Of a stretch of 64,000 bases of DNA, positions 39,801 to 49,760 are shown piece by piece. Position 1 is the first letter of the stretch; each line of letters begins with the position of its first letter. The DNA is from an uncultured Planctomycetota bacterium. GTDB lineage: Bacteria > Planctomycetota > PLA2 > JAEUHO01. Both the position numbers and the translations under genes were made by a program. The stretch is taken from positions 160,001-224,000 of the forward strand of contig CAVVXN010000004.1 of assembly GCA_963752285.1 (NCBI GenBank), written 5' to 3'. Below the pieces are notes generated by a model. It had not been told where the DNA came from and made no database searches. It saw nothing but the letters and a program-made list of their open reading frames with translations.

Positions 39801-41489
39801 TCAGGGTGGACCGCGCGCCGCCGAGTCGGCGAGCGGTTGGTTCGTGAGCACCGCGTAGCCCGCGCCCGTCGCCACGACCCACGTGGGAAGGTCGCCGAAG
39901 TACGTCTCGGGGTCGTGGGTGCGGACGAGCAGGAACCGGCGCTCCGGCGCGAAGAACCACGCACGGACGGCCTCCTTGGGGAGGAAGAGGTCGGGGCGGG
40001 ATCGCTCGGGCGGGACCACCATCGCGTCCGACGGGAACCCGAAGTAGCGCACGTGCTCCCTCGCGAACCAGGGGAGGAGGCCCCAGTCCCCGGAATACGG
40101 CAGCTCCGCGCCGAGCTCGTCGCCCGGCGTGCGGTGGCGTTCGATCGCCTGCCAGAGCGGCTTTCCCGCGCGGACGAGGAGCGGCTCCTGCGCGAGGAGC
40201 GCGCCGGCCGCGAGGAGCATCGCCGCCGTCGCGAGGGCCGCGCGGCCGATGGTGCCACGTCGCGCGCGGCGGGGGGTGGGTGCGAGCGCGGCGACGAGCG
40301 CCCCGCCGGCCGCGACCGCGCCGACGGCGAGCGTCGCGGCGTCCGTGTGGCGCGCGACCATCGCGATGACGACACCGAGGCACGCGACCGACACGCCGAT
40401 CGTGGCGAGCGCGAGCTGGCGTCCCCAGGCCGCGTCGTCCTCCGCCGCGCCCGTCGCGCCGCGCGCGGGAAGCCCGAGCGCCACGAGGAGGGCGACCCAC
40501 GGGAAGGCGGGCGACGCGTACGACACGAGCCGGCTTCTCGAGAAGGTGAAGAGAACGGGCGCCGCGAGGGCCAGCGCCGCCGCCACGACGCCGGGGCCGC
40601 GAAGCCACCGCCCCTCGCGCCGGAGCCGGCCGATCGACGGCACGAGCGCGGCGAGCCAGGGGAAGGTGCCGAGGAGCGGGATCCAGACCACCCAGACGGG
40701 TCTCGCGTGGAAGTCGGCGCTCGAGGCGAGGCCGCCGAAGAGGCGGCGGCGAACGAGCGCGTCGAGCAGCCCCGGGATCCGCGCGTCGGCCGCGAGGTAC
40801 CACGGGACGGAGACCGCGAGGAGCAGCAGGAGGCCCGCCGGGTTCACGAACGGCCGGAGGATCCGCGCGTCGCGGCGGACCGCGGCTACCACGAGGGCCG
40901 CGCCGAGGACGAGCGCGAGCGCGAGCGGCCCCTTCGCGAGCATGCCGAGGCCCAGCGCGCCGTGCAGGAGGAGGACGGGGCCCCACCCGGCCCGCCCGCC
41001 CGCGCGGTCGGCCTCGAGGAGCGCGAGGCCCGCGAGCGTCGTCGAGAGCACGAGCCACACGTCCGTCGAGATCGTCGTGGCCTGCGCCACGAACGAGGGC
41101 ATGGTCGCGAGCGCGAGGGCCGCGACCAGGCCGCGTCGCGTCGCGGCGGCGTGGCCTTCCACCGCGGGAGAGAGCCGTCGCGCCCCGATCGCGATCGCGA
41201 GGACCGTGAGGACGCCGGCGAGGAGCGAGGGGACGCGCGCCGCGGCGTCGCCGACGCCGAGCACCAGGAAGGTGAGCGCGAGGGCCCAGGGCGCGAGCGG
41301 CGGCTTCTCGACGTGGGGCGCGCCGTCGAGCGTCGGGACGACGAGATCGCCCGAGGCGTACATCTCGCGGCCCATCTCGGCGTAGCGGGTCTCGGTGCTC
41401 GTGGCGGGCCCGAGGAGAGCGCCGAGGGCCAGCGCGCCGCCGAGGAGCACGGGGGCGAGCCCGATCAGCAGCAGTCCCGGTCGCGCCAC
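39801..41489 (-). CDS. ArnT-like glycosyltransferase (GT39/83, PMT_2)
   Basis: ETRYAEMGREM, EKPPL, ARVPS, LAKGP, PWY motifs; multiple TM segments. Confidence 0.88.
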   Translation of the reverse strand: MARPGLLLIGLAPVLLGGALALGALLGPATSTETRYAEMGREMYASGDLVVPTLDGAPHVEKPPLAPWALALTFLVLGVGDAAARVPSLLAGVLTVLAIAIGARRLSPAVEGHAAATRRGLVAALALATMPSFVAQATTISTDVWLVLSTTLAGLALLEADRAGGRAGWGPVLLLHGALGLGMLAKGPLALALVLGAALVVAAVRRDARILRPFVNPAGLLLLLAVSVPWYLAADARIPGLLDALVRRRLFGGLASSADFHARPVWVVWIPLLGTFPWLAALVPSIGRLRREGRWLRGPGVVAAALALAAPVLFTFSRSRLVSYASPAFPWVALLVALGLPARGATGAAEDDAAWGRQLALATIGVSVACLGVVIAMVARHTDAATLAVGAVAAGGALVAALAPTPRRARRGTIGRAALATAAMLLAAGALLAQEPLLVRAGKPLWQAIERHRTPGDELGAELPYSGDWGLLPWFAREHVRYFGFPSDAMVVPPERSRPDLFLPKEAVRAWFFAPERRFLLVRTHDPETYFGDLPTWVVATGAGYAVLTNQPLADSAARGPP

Positions 41490-41640
41490 GTTGCGGAATA
41501 CTACGCGATCGGGCCCACGGCGAGGGCCCCGGCCTCCGACCGGCCCCGTGCCGGAGGTCCGGCGAGGCACCGCGTCGGCTTCGGTGCTCTCGCCCTCGGG
41601 CTGGACGAGCCTCCGCCCCGGCGCCTAGGATTCGCCGCCC

Positions 41641-43749
41641 ATGCCGCCTTGGTCGCCCCCGGTCCTCGCGACGCTCGCGCTGGTCCTCACGGGCCTCGTC
41701 GGGTCCCCCGCGGCGCGCGCCGGCGACACCGAGGTCCTCGAAGACCCGGGGTACCGCCTTGAGCTGATCCGGCCCGCGCCGGACTGGGACCTCCTCGACG
41801 AGAGGGACGCCGTGAGCCTCGTCTCGAGTGCGCGCCTCGGCGCGACCGGTCCGGGCGCGAGCCTCTGCGTCGTGACGACGCAGCCGTGGCTCGGAGGGGA
41901 CCTCGCGACGTGGGCGCGCGCCCTCTTCGCCCAGACGCCTCTCCCGGGCGCCGAGATCGCGGACGTCGGGTCGCTCGACTACCAGGGCGTTCCCGCCGCT
42001 CGCCGGCATGCACGCTGGACGTCGAACGGCGCCGAGATGGACCAGGAGACCACCCTCTTCGTGCGCGGCGACGTGCTCTTCCAGGTCCTCTGTCAGGCGC
42101 CGCGCGCGACGGTTGCCCCGATGCGCCTGCCGGGTCTCGCCAGCGCGTCCTACTACCCCCGCGATCAGGTCGAGTCGTACTTCCGCGTCTTCCACGCGGC
42201 GCTCACGCTCCTGCCCGGGGACGTGGTGTCGCGCCCGCCGCTCGCGCCGGAGCGCGCGGACCGACGCGGGGTCGGGTGGCGGATCCGGGACGGACGCTAC
42301 GAGAACGCGGCCTACGCGTTCGCCGTCACGCCTCCCGCGGGGTGGGCCTTCGTGGACGAGAGGGAGCGTGCGGCGCTCCCGATCCCCGCGGAGCTCGCGC
42401 TCGTGCACGTCGCGACGGGCGCCCTCGTCGTCGTGGTGACGGAGCGCCCCGTTGGGTTCGACGCCCCGGCGTACGACGCGTCGGTTCGCTCCCGCTTCGA
42501 GAACCGGCTCGAGGAGCACGCCCAGGGCGAGCCCCTCCACGCGACGTTCCTCGGCGCGCCCCTCGCGCTGGCGCGCCTCCCCGGGCGCGGTCCGGCGCCC
42601 GTGGAGATCGCCGTGGGGACGCGCGTCTCGCCGAAGACGTGCTACTGGGTCGTGACGTTCCTTCCGGAGCGGAACCGCGCCGACGGGGCGCGCGCCGTGT
42701 CGGACGCGATCGCTGCGTTCCAGTCGCTCTCCGCCGAGGCGGCGGCCGCGCTCGCCCGCGAGCTCGCCGCCCTCCCCGATCCGCAGGAGGCCGTCGGTCC
42801 GACGACGTCGCTGCGGGCCGGCGTCTGGCGGAACCACGCGCTCGGCGTGGTGTGGAAGAAGCCGTCGCCGGCGTGGCGCGTGTCGATCGATCCCACGGCG
42901 GGCCCGGGGGGGCACTTCGAGGACCTCGCGAGCGGCATGCAGATCGTGTTCGGCGTACAGGACGTCGTGGTCCCGGCGTGGGCCGCTGGTCCGACCGGGT
43001 CGGACGACGACGCCTGGTACCACCAGCAGGCGCTCCAGGGGCTCGACGCGACCCCGGTCCACTACCACGCCCGCGCCAAGGCGACCGAGCTCGCGGGTCT
43101 CCCCGCGCTGGGCTCCATCGCGGACGCGCCCGTCGCCGGCGCCGACGGCCCCCGCCTCCTCGAGGTCGTCGTGACCGCGAAGCACGACGACCACCACCTC
43201 GTCTTCCGAGCCGAGGCCCCGCTGCTCGAGGTGGAACAGGTCCAGACCAACGGTCAGGCCGCCCTCGACGGCTTCGAGCTCCCGGCCGACGGCTGCCCCG
43301 CCGAACGAGGCGACGCGCACCACGTCGAGGACCTCCGCCTGGGCTTCTCCTTCTCGGTCCCACCCGACGGATGGGTGCTCCGCCAGGAGACGCCGGGCTT
43401 CCTCCGGGCGAACGGCACGATGCTCCAGGCGCTCGGTCCCGCGCAGACCGTCGTCGTCGCGGCCGTCGCGGACACGATCAGCGAGCGCCTCGCGCGGCGA
43501 TCGATCGTGCGGGCGATCACCGGTCTGCTCGACGCCACGTTCCAGGGCATCGGCGAGAGCGCCGTCGAGGAGGCGACGCTCGCGGGCCTCGTTGCCGAGC
43601 GACACACGTGGCGCGTGGGAGCGCGGCGATTCGACCTCTTGCTCGCGACGCGCGGCGCCACGCTCTATGCCGTGGGCGTGTTCTCCCGACCGGAGGGCGG
43701 GGGACTCGGACTCGACGACCTCGCGAAGCGCTTCGCGCTGCTGCCCTGA
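41641..43749 (+). CDS. Exported protein with four internally repeated PsbP/DcrB-like domains
   Basis: Signal peptide (ARA-GD); recurring motif in DPGYRLELIRPAPDW, NAAYAFAVTPPAGW, NHALGVVWKKPSPAW, DLRLGFSFSVPPDGW. Confidence 0.6.
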   Translation: MPPWSPPVLATLALVLTGLVGSPAARAGDTEVLEDPGYRLELIRPAPDWDLLDERDAVSLVSSARLGATGPGASLCVVTTQPWLGGDLATWARALFAQTPLPGAEIADVGSLDYQGVPAARRHARWTSNGAEMDQETTLFVRGDVLFQVLCQAPRATVAPMRLPGLASASYYPRDQVESYFRVFHAALTLLPGDVVSRPPLAPERADRRGVGWRIRDGRYENAAYAFAVTPPAGWAFVDERERAALPIPAELALVHVATGALVVVVTERPVGFDAPAYDASVRSRFENRLEEHAQGEPLHATFLGAPLALARLPGRGPAPVEIAVGTRVSPKTCYWVVTFLPERNRADGARAVSDAIAAFQSLSAEAAAALARELAALPDPQEAVGPTTSLRAGVWRNHALGVVWKKPSPAWRVSIDPTAGPGGHFEDLASGMQIVFGVQDVVVPAWAAGPTGSDDDAWYHQQALQGLDATPVHYHARAKATELAGLPALGSIADAPVAGADGPRLLEVVVTAKHDDHHLVFRAEAPLLEVEQVQTNGQAALDGFELPADGCPAERGDAHHVEDLRLGFSFSVPPDGWVLRQETPGFLRANGTMLQALGPAQTVVVAAVADTISERLARRSIVRAITGLLDATFQGIGESAVEEATLAGLVAERHTWRVGARRFDLLLATRGATLYAVGVFSRPEGGGLGLDDLAKRFALLP

Positions 43750-46700
43750 TGGAACCGACCCCCGCCCCGACCGAACGGTACGTCGCGTTCCTGAGCTACC
43801 GGCACGTCGATCCCGACCGACGCTGGGCCGCGTGGCTGCTCCGGAAGATCGAGACGTATCGCATCCCCCGCCGCCTCGCGCGGGACCTCGACGTCCCGCG
43901 ACGCCTCGGCAAGGTGTTCCGCGACGAGGAGGAGTTGGCGGCCACGTCCGATCTCTCCGGGACGATCCGCGAGGCGCTCGAGGGCTCGCGCTACCTGATC
44001 GTCGTGTGCTCTCCCCGAACGCCCGCGTCGAAGTGGGTCGATCGCGAGATCCAGGCGTTCCGAGACCTCGGGCGCTCCGGCCGGATCCTCGCCTGGCTCG
44101 GCGAGGGCGCATCGGACCAGAGCTTCCCGCCGTCGCTCCACGCGATGGGGCCGCGGCTCTCGGACGAGCCCGCGGCCGGCGAGGTGGCGCCGCGGGGCTT
44201 CGAGCCCCTCGCGGCCGACGCGCGCCCCGTCGCGGGCCGGGCCCACGCCCGGGTCCTCCGTACGGCCCTCCTCCGTGTGCTCGCGCGGCTCATCGGCTGC
44301 TCGTACGACGACCTCCGTCAGCGCGACCAGGCGCGGAGGCAGCGGTTCTGGATGGCGGCGACCGCGGCGGCGTCGGTGCTCGTGCTCGCGTTCGCGGTCC
44401 TCGCCGCATACGCGCTCCACAGCCGCAACCTCGCACGCGTCGAACGGGACCACGCCCGGGCCTCCGGCCTGCTCGAGGCGTCGCAGCTCGCGCTCGCGTC
44501 CGATCCCCAGCGCGGACTGATCCTGGCCCGCCACGCCGCGGACCTCGAAGTCACGAAGGAGGTGCGGAGCCAGCTCCACGCGGCCCTCGAGGCGCCGGAC
44601 AAGCGTTGGGCCCGCCCCAATCCCGAGGGCGACTACGTGGGCGTGGCGATCTCGCCCCTCGGCGACCGTGTGCTCGTGGAGTCACGGGGCCGTCGGATCC
44701 GGGTCTTCGACGCGGACGGCGAGGTCCGCGCGACCCTGGAGGGCGGGACGGAGTGGACGGTCGGCCCGGTGTACGCGCCCGACGGCGCCTTCGCGCTGGT
44801 GGACGGGCCGCGCGGGTCCCTGCTCATGTTGGGTCGGGACGGGGCGGTCCTCCACCGGGCCGAGGCGCCGGAGGGCGAGCGATACGACGATTGGCGGATC
44901 CTGCCGGGCACGAACGCGGTCTGGGCCTGCCACGGTCGAACGCTCGTTCGCTTCGCGGCCGATCTGACCGTCGCCGAGGAGCTCAGGGCGAGCGGGACGG
45001 TCCGCGACTACCTCGTGCTCCCCGACGGATCCGGGGTGTGCGCGGCGGTCGATGAGGTGGGCCTCGTCCGCCTCGACGGGTCGGGATCGAAAGTCATCCA
45101 CACCGGCGAGGTCGGCGTGGGAACGCAGCTCCTCTGGGAGCAGCCGGGCCGCGTGCTCCTTTGGCTCTCCTCCTTCGACGCCACGAAGCGGTTGGACCTC
45201 GAGAACCCGGACGCCTCGGAGGACCTCCCCGCGACGCACGTGGCGACGGACCCCCGTCTCGGACTCCTGGCGACGGTGTCGGCCGGAGGGCTCCGGATCC
45301 GCGACCGGGACGGTCGCGTCGTGGGGGAGGCGCGGGGCCGTCGGATCGGCAAGCTCCTCCCGGACGTGACGGGCGGCGCGTTCGTCTACCTCCTGTCCGA
45401 CGGAACGATCTCGGTCCTCGACGCGACGGGTCACGGCGTGACCTACACGGGCGCCGCGGGCGCGGACCCCGTCGTGGTGGCGAGCGCGCTCGCCGGCACG
45501 CGCCTCGTGGTCGGCACGCGACGGGACGGCGTCTGGCTGGTGGACCTCTCGCACGCGGACCTCGGTTCCTTCGGCCTGCCGGGTGCCGGCGGAGGCCCCT
45601 CGCCGTGGAGCGGCGACGGTCGCACCTTCGTGGCTGCCGAGGGCTCCTTCGTGCTCCTCTGCGACCGAGACGGCACGTTGCAGCAGAGCTTCTCGACGGC
45701 GTCCGTGCGCGTGCGGTCGGTCGCCCTCGCTCCGCACGGCGACACGGTCGCCGCGGGACTCGAAGACGGAACGGCGCGGGTGTGGAAGACGGACGGGTCG
45801 CCGGCCGCCGAGCTCCGGGGCCACGAGGGCCCCGTCACGAAGATCGCGTTCTCGCCCGACGGACGCCGCGTACTGACGGGAGGCGTGGACGGGACGGCTC
45901 GCCTCTACGACCTGGACGGTCGGGTGCTCGCCGCGCTGCGAGGATTCACGAGCCCTCTCCGGTACGCCCGGTTCTCCGACGACGGCTCGGAGGTCCTCAC
46001 GTGGGACGGTGGCGCAGGCGTTCGCCTCTGGGACGCCGACGGAAAGCCCAAGCGTCTCCTCGATCTCGGCGGCGAACCCGTGCTTGCGGCGGGATTCCTC
46101 CACGGGACCGACCGCATCGGGCTCGCGGGGCAGCGTCGCGTGCGCGTGTTCGAGCCGGACGGTCACTTGGCCGGCACGATCGAAGACCCGTACCAGCGGA
46201 TCCGCGGCGCGGTGTTCGCGTCGGACGGCCGCATGCTGGTCGTCGGCAGTCCCCTGCGCGTGCTCGCTTCGGACAGTCACGAGCTCTCGTCGCTCGAGAA
46301 ACACGTGGAGGGCGCGCGGATCGAGCCGAACGGCGACCGGATCCTCACCTGGAGCGGAGGAAAGATCGCCGACCTCGAGGCGCCGTCGGGCACCGTCCCC
46401 CTCGGTGATCACCTGGCGAGCATCACCGCGGGGTGCTTCGGTCTCCTCGACGGCGCGTTCGCCACCGCGACGGAAGACGGATCCGTGCACGTGTGGCGGC
46501 GCGACGGTGCGAACCTGGCCGTCCTTCCGCCGTCGGGCGCCGCCGTGCGGGCGCTCTGGCCGTCGAGGGACGGGACGCGGCTCCTCGTCCTCGACGACAC
46601 CGGGCGCATGCGCCTCACCGTCATCGACACCCCGGGGCTCGAGGCGTTGGCGGCGCGTCGTGTCTACCGGGAGCTGACGTGGCGGGAACGTGTGGCGTAC

Positions 46701-47219
46701 AAGGACCTGCTCGGAGATCCGGGGCCGGAACCGGACCCCGGCCTGGCGAAGCTCGACGAGCTCGTCGCGACGCTCGAGAGGTCCGGGGGCGCCGAGACGC
46801 CGGAGTCCCTGCGCCTGGAAGGCGAGCTGGACGACCGCATGCACGAGCTGGTGCCCGGAGCTCGCGAGGGCGAGCAGCTCCCTGAGCTCCTGGCCCTCGT
46901 CGCCCGGACGCATCCCGACGACGCGAAGCGGATCGAGAATGCCATCCAGCACCAGGTCCTCGCCGAGGAGACCAAGCGGAAGCTCGAGGCGCTCCGGTCC
47001 AAGCTCGAGGACTTCCATCGCGAGAAGGGGCGCTACCCGACGAAGGACGAGGACGTGCTGGTCCTCGACCCGGGGGGAACGACGCCCACGGACCCGACCT
47101 CGAGCCCGATCGTGGACGCGTGGGGGTCGGTCTTCCTCTACGTCCCGACGAAGGACGGCTACGCGCTCACGTCGGCGGGTCCCGACGGCGTCCACGGGAC
47201 GCCCGACGACCTCCACTGA
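43749..47219 (+). CDS. TIR - TM - WD40 beta-propeller - GspG-like domain fusion protein
   Basis: AFLSYRH, VFRDEEEL, SRYLIVVCSP, WVDREI (TIR); TM at about 44345-44420; GHEGPV..FSPDG..TGGVDGTARLYD WD40 repeats; C-terminal GRYP..DAWG..SAGPDG..GTPDD. Confidence 0.88.
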   Translation: MEPTPAPTERYVAFLSYRHVDPDRRWAAWLLRKIETYRIPRRLARDLDVPRRLGKVFRDEEELAATSDLSGTIREALEGSRYLIVVCSPRTPASKWVDREIQAFRDLGRSGRILAWLGEGASDQSFPPSLHAMGPRLSDEPAAGEVAPRGFEPLAADARPVAGRAHARVLRTALLRVLARLIGCSYDDLRQRDQARRQRFWMAATAAASVLVLAFAVLAAYALHSRNLARVERDHARASGLLEASQLALASDPQRGLILARHAADLEVTKEVRSQLHAALEAPDKRWARPNPEGDYVGVAISPLGDRVLVESRGRRIRVFDADGEVRATLEGGTEWTVGPVYAPDGAFALVDGPRGSLLMLGRDGAVLHRAEAPEGERYDDWRILPGTNAVWACHGRTLVRFAADLTVAEELRASGTVRDYLVLPDGSGVCAAVDEVGLVRLDGSGSKVIHTGEVGVGTQLLWEQPGRVLLWLSSFDATKRLDLENPDASEDLPATHVATDPRLGLLATVSAGGLRIRDRDGRVVGEARGRRIGKLLPDVTGGAFVYLLSDGTISVLDATGHGVTYTGAAGADPVVVASALAGTRLVVGTRRDGVWLVDLSHADLGSFGLPGAGGGPSPWSGDGRTFVAAEGSFVLLCDRDGTLQQSFSTASVRVRSVALAPHGDTVAAGLEDGTARVWKTDGSPAAELRGHEGPVTKIAFSPDGRRVLTGGVDGTARLYDLDGRVLAALRGFTSPLRYARFSDDGSEVLTWDGGAGVRLWDADGKPKRLLDLGGEPVLAAGFLHGTDRIGLAGQRRVRVFEPDGHLAGTIEDPYQRIRGAVFASDGRMLVVGSPLRVLASDSHELSSLEKHVEGARIEPNGDRILTWSGGKIADLEAPSGTVPLGDHLASITAGCFGLLDGAFATATEDGSVHVWRRDGANLAVLPPSGAAVRALWPSRDGTRLLVLDDTGRMRLTVIDTPGLEALAARRVYRELTWRERVAYKDLLGDPGPEPDPGLAKLDELVATLERSGGAETPESLRLEGELDDRMHELVPGAREGEQLPELLALVARTHPDDAKRIENAIQHQVLAEETKRKLEALRSKLEDFHREKGRYPTKDEDVLVLDPGGTTPTDPTSSPIVDAWGSVFLYVPTKDGYALTSAGPDGVHGTPDDLH

Positions 47220-47229
47220 CCCCCGAACC

Positions 47230-47319
47230 GACATACGGAGCCAGAGCAATTCTGCCCCCCCCACACCGGCCCTACGGGGGGACATACGGAGCCAGGGGAC
47301 GTAGGGGACATACGGAGCC
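47230..47319. repeat. Three copies of GACATACGGAGCC with a nested CCCTACG/CGTAGGG inverted repeat
   Basis: Copies at 47230, 47281 and 47307; inverted arms at 47270-47276 and 47300-47306. Confidence 0.85.
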
Positions 47320-47395
47320 GGAGCCGTACCGCGCCGGGTCGCCGCCCGACCGCGCGGCGATCCGGGCGCGGGACCTCGTCGGGTACCCTCTCCGC

Positions 47396-49078
47396 GTGCG
47401 ATACGCCGAGTGGCTCGTCGTCCCGCTGTTCGTGGTCCCGGTCCTCGCGCTCGCGGGCCTCGGCGCGTGGGCCCACGAGCGCCACGCGGCCGATCTGGGC
47501 CTCCTCGCGCGCGAGGGCGAGGCGCGCGCCCGGCAGTGGCTCGACGAGGGTCCCGCCGCGTGGATGGCGGAGCGCGCGGTCCGCGAGCTCTCGCCCTCGG
47601 CGGGGCCGGCTGCAGGCGACGTCCCGTTCGGGCAGGCCGACCGCCGCGGCGTCGTGCGCCTCGGCGCGCCGAGCGCGGGCCCCGAGACCTGGGCGATCGC
47701 GCCGTCGTTCCCCGTCGGCCTCTCCCCCGACGCGCTCGCGGATCCGGGCGTGCGCCTCCGCGTGGAGGTCGGGGGCGCGCCCGTCGCGGTGGACGGCGTG
47801 GACGCGGCGACGGTCGCGCTCCGAGACCTCCTCGAGCACCCGGATCTCGCGCGTCTTCGCGGCGCCCCGCTGCCGGCCGGCACGAAGCGCTACGTGCTCA
47901 CGCGCTGGCGCGCCGGTGACGGCGACGACGAGGCCCTCCGCGCCGCGGCGCGGCTCCTCGACGTCCTCGCGTCGCTCGAACGCGGCGATCCCGCGCTCGG
48001 CCTCGGCCGACCGCCCGGCGCGTACGAGGTCGGCGGCGTGCTCGTATTCTCGTCGGGCGCCGCCGCGCCGCTCCTCGTGTTCGGGCCCGACGTGGCGCCG
48101 CCCCGGACCGTCCTCTCGGAGCCCGGGGCGGAGACGGACCCCGGCCGGCTCGTGTGGACGGTCTCGCCCGCCACACCCGTCCAGGGCGAGGTGCTGTGGC
48201 AAGGGCGGCTGGACCAGCCGCTCGCCGGCACCTGGCGGTGGGTCGCGAAGGCGCGCGCGTGGTACGCCGACCCGCGCGTCGCTCGTTGGACCGCGCCCGC
48301 CGCGATCCTCCTGGTACTGGGCCTCCTCCTCCCGACCCTCCTCCTCGTCTCGCTCCGCCGCCGGCGGCGCGCCGAGGAGGCGCGCGTGCGATTCCTCGAC
48401 GGGATCGCCCACGACCTGCGAACGCCGCTGGCGGCGCTCCGGCTCCACGCGGACCTCCTCCAGCGCGGCACGGACGACCCGGAGAAGCGCGACCGCTACG
48501 CCGCCACCGTGGCGCGCGAGGCCGCCCGCCTCTCGGGCCTCGTATCGAGCCTCCTCGACCTCTCGCGGCTCGCGCCCGGCGGGGGCGACGGACCGCGCGG
48601 GGCCCCGCCGGCGCCGCGCGTCGCGCTCGGCGCCGCGGTCGAGGGATCGCTTCGCGACTTCGCGCTCGCCTGGCCCGACCGGGCCGACGACGTCCGTCGG
48701 ATCGGCGAGCGCGAGGTCCACGCGCGGGCCGACGGGGAAGGACTTCGCCGCTGCCTCGCGAACCTCCTCGACAACGCGGCGAAGTTCACGCCGAAGGGCA
48801 CGCCGATCCACGTCGGGTGGGGGACGGAGGACGGCCGCGCGTTCCTTCGCGTGGAGGACGAGGGGCCGGGCATCCCGCCCGACGAGGCGCGGCGCGTCTT
48901 CGAGCCGCGCGCGCGCGGGGCGCGCGCCTGCGCGGAGGGCGTGCCCGGCACGGGCCTCGGCCTCGCGCTCGTCCGGGACCTCGCACGGCGGATGGGGGGC
49001 GACGTGGAGCTCGAGCCCTCCGCGCGGGGTGCGCGCTTCACGATCCGGCTCGCGGAGGCCCACGATGACGGCGCATAG
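47396..49078 (+). CDS. Membrane sensor histidine kinase
   Basis: Two TM segments; IAHDLRTPL, NLLDNAAKF, DEGPG, GTGLGL. Confidence 0.92.
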   Translation: MRYAEWLVVPLFVVPVLALAGLGAWAHERHAADLGLLAREGEARARQWLDEGPAAWMAERAVRELSPSAGPAAGDVPFGQADRRGVVRLGAPSAGPETWAIAPSFPVGLSPDALADPGVRLRVEVGGAPVAVDGVDAATVALRDLLEHPDLARLRGAPLPAGTKRYVLTRWRAGDGDDEALRAAARLLDVLASLERGDPALGLGRPPGAYEVGGVLVFSSGAAAPLLVFGPDVAPPRTVLSEPGAETDPGRLVWTVSPATPVQGEVLWQGRLDQPLAGTWRWVAKARAWYADPRVARWTAPAAILLVLGLLLPTLLLVSLRRRRRAEEARVRFLDGIAHDLRTPLAALRLHADLLQRGTDDPEKRDRYAATVAREAARLSGLVSSLLDLSRLAPGGGDGPRGAPPAPRVALGAAVEGSLRDFALAWPDRADDVRRIGEREVHARADGEGLRRCLANLLDNAAKFTPKGTPIHVGWGTEDGRAFLRVEDEGPGIPPDEARRVFEPRARGARACAEGVPGTGLGLALVRDLARRMGGDVELEPSARGARFTIRLAEAHDDGA

Positions 49079-49760
49079 GATCCTCGTGGTCGAGGACGAG
49101 GCCTCGATCCGGACGGGCCTCGGGGACGCGCTCGAGTCGGAGGGTTACGACGTGCTCCTCGCCGAGGACGGGGAGCAGGGTCTCGCGCTGGGTCTTCGCG
49201 AGGACCCCGACCTCGTGCTCCTCGACGTCGTGCTCCCGGGCCTCGACGGCTTCGAGGTGCTGCGCCGGCTCCGCGCCGACGGCGTCGTGACGCCCGTCTT
49301 GATGCTCACGGCGCGCGCGCAGGAGCACGACCGCGTCCGGGGCCTCGACCTCGGCGCCGACGACTACGTGACGAAGCCCTTCGGCCTGCCCGAGCTGCTC
49401 GCGCGCGTGCGCTCGCGCCTCCGCGCGTGGGACCGCGAGCGCGGCGAGGACGAGGGCGCGCGGCTCCGCTTCGCCGGCGTGGTGGTGGACCTCGCGGCGC
49501 GCACCGCGACGAAGGACGGCGAGGACCTGGGCTTGACGCCGAAGGAGATCGACCTGCTTCAGGCGCTCGCGCGGCGCGAGGGCCACGCGGTCTCGCGGGA
49601 CGACCTCCTCCACGAGGTGTGGCGGGACGAGGAGGTGACGCCGCGCGTCGTGGACACGGCGGTTCTCGGCCTCCGGAAGAAGGTCGAGCCCGAGCCGACG
49701 CGGCCGCGGCACGTGCTGTCGGTCCGGGGCACGGGCTACCGCTTCGTGCGGCGGTCCTGA
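49065..49760 (+). CDS. OmpR/PhoB-family response regulator
   Basis: ILVVEDE, LLDVVLP, GADDYVTKPF, LTPKE, RVVD..LRKK, VRGTGYRF winged helix. Confidence 0.95.
   Translation: MTAHRILVVEDEASIRTGLGDALESEGYDVLLAEDGEQGLALGLREDPDLVLLDVVLPGLDGFEVLRRLRADGVVTPVLMLTARAQEHDRVRGLDLGADDYVTKPFGLPELLARVRSRLRAWDRERGEDEGARLRFAGVVVDLAARTATKDGEDLGLTPKEIDLLQALARREGHAVSRDDLLHEVWRDEEVTPRVVDTAVLGLRKKVEPEPTRPRHVLSVRGTGYRFVRRS

Noticed and set aside
41886..43748. N-terminal extension making the TIR protein 1777 aa
   Set aside because: Arg/Pro/Gly-rich off-frame reading of the upstream gene; the real start is ATG 43749
39775..44112. Very long antisense and alternative-frame ORFs (also 5188-8823 N-part, 21076-23961, 34533-37385)
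   Set aside because: Shadow ORFs caused by stop-codon scarcity at high GC; they overlap well-supported genes and lack motifs
47230..47319. Possible mini-CRISPR array
   Set aside because: The repeat is only 13 nt, the spacing is irregular and no cas genes are present
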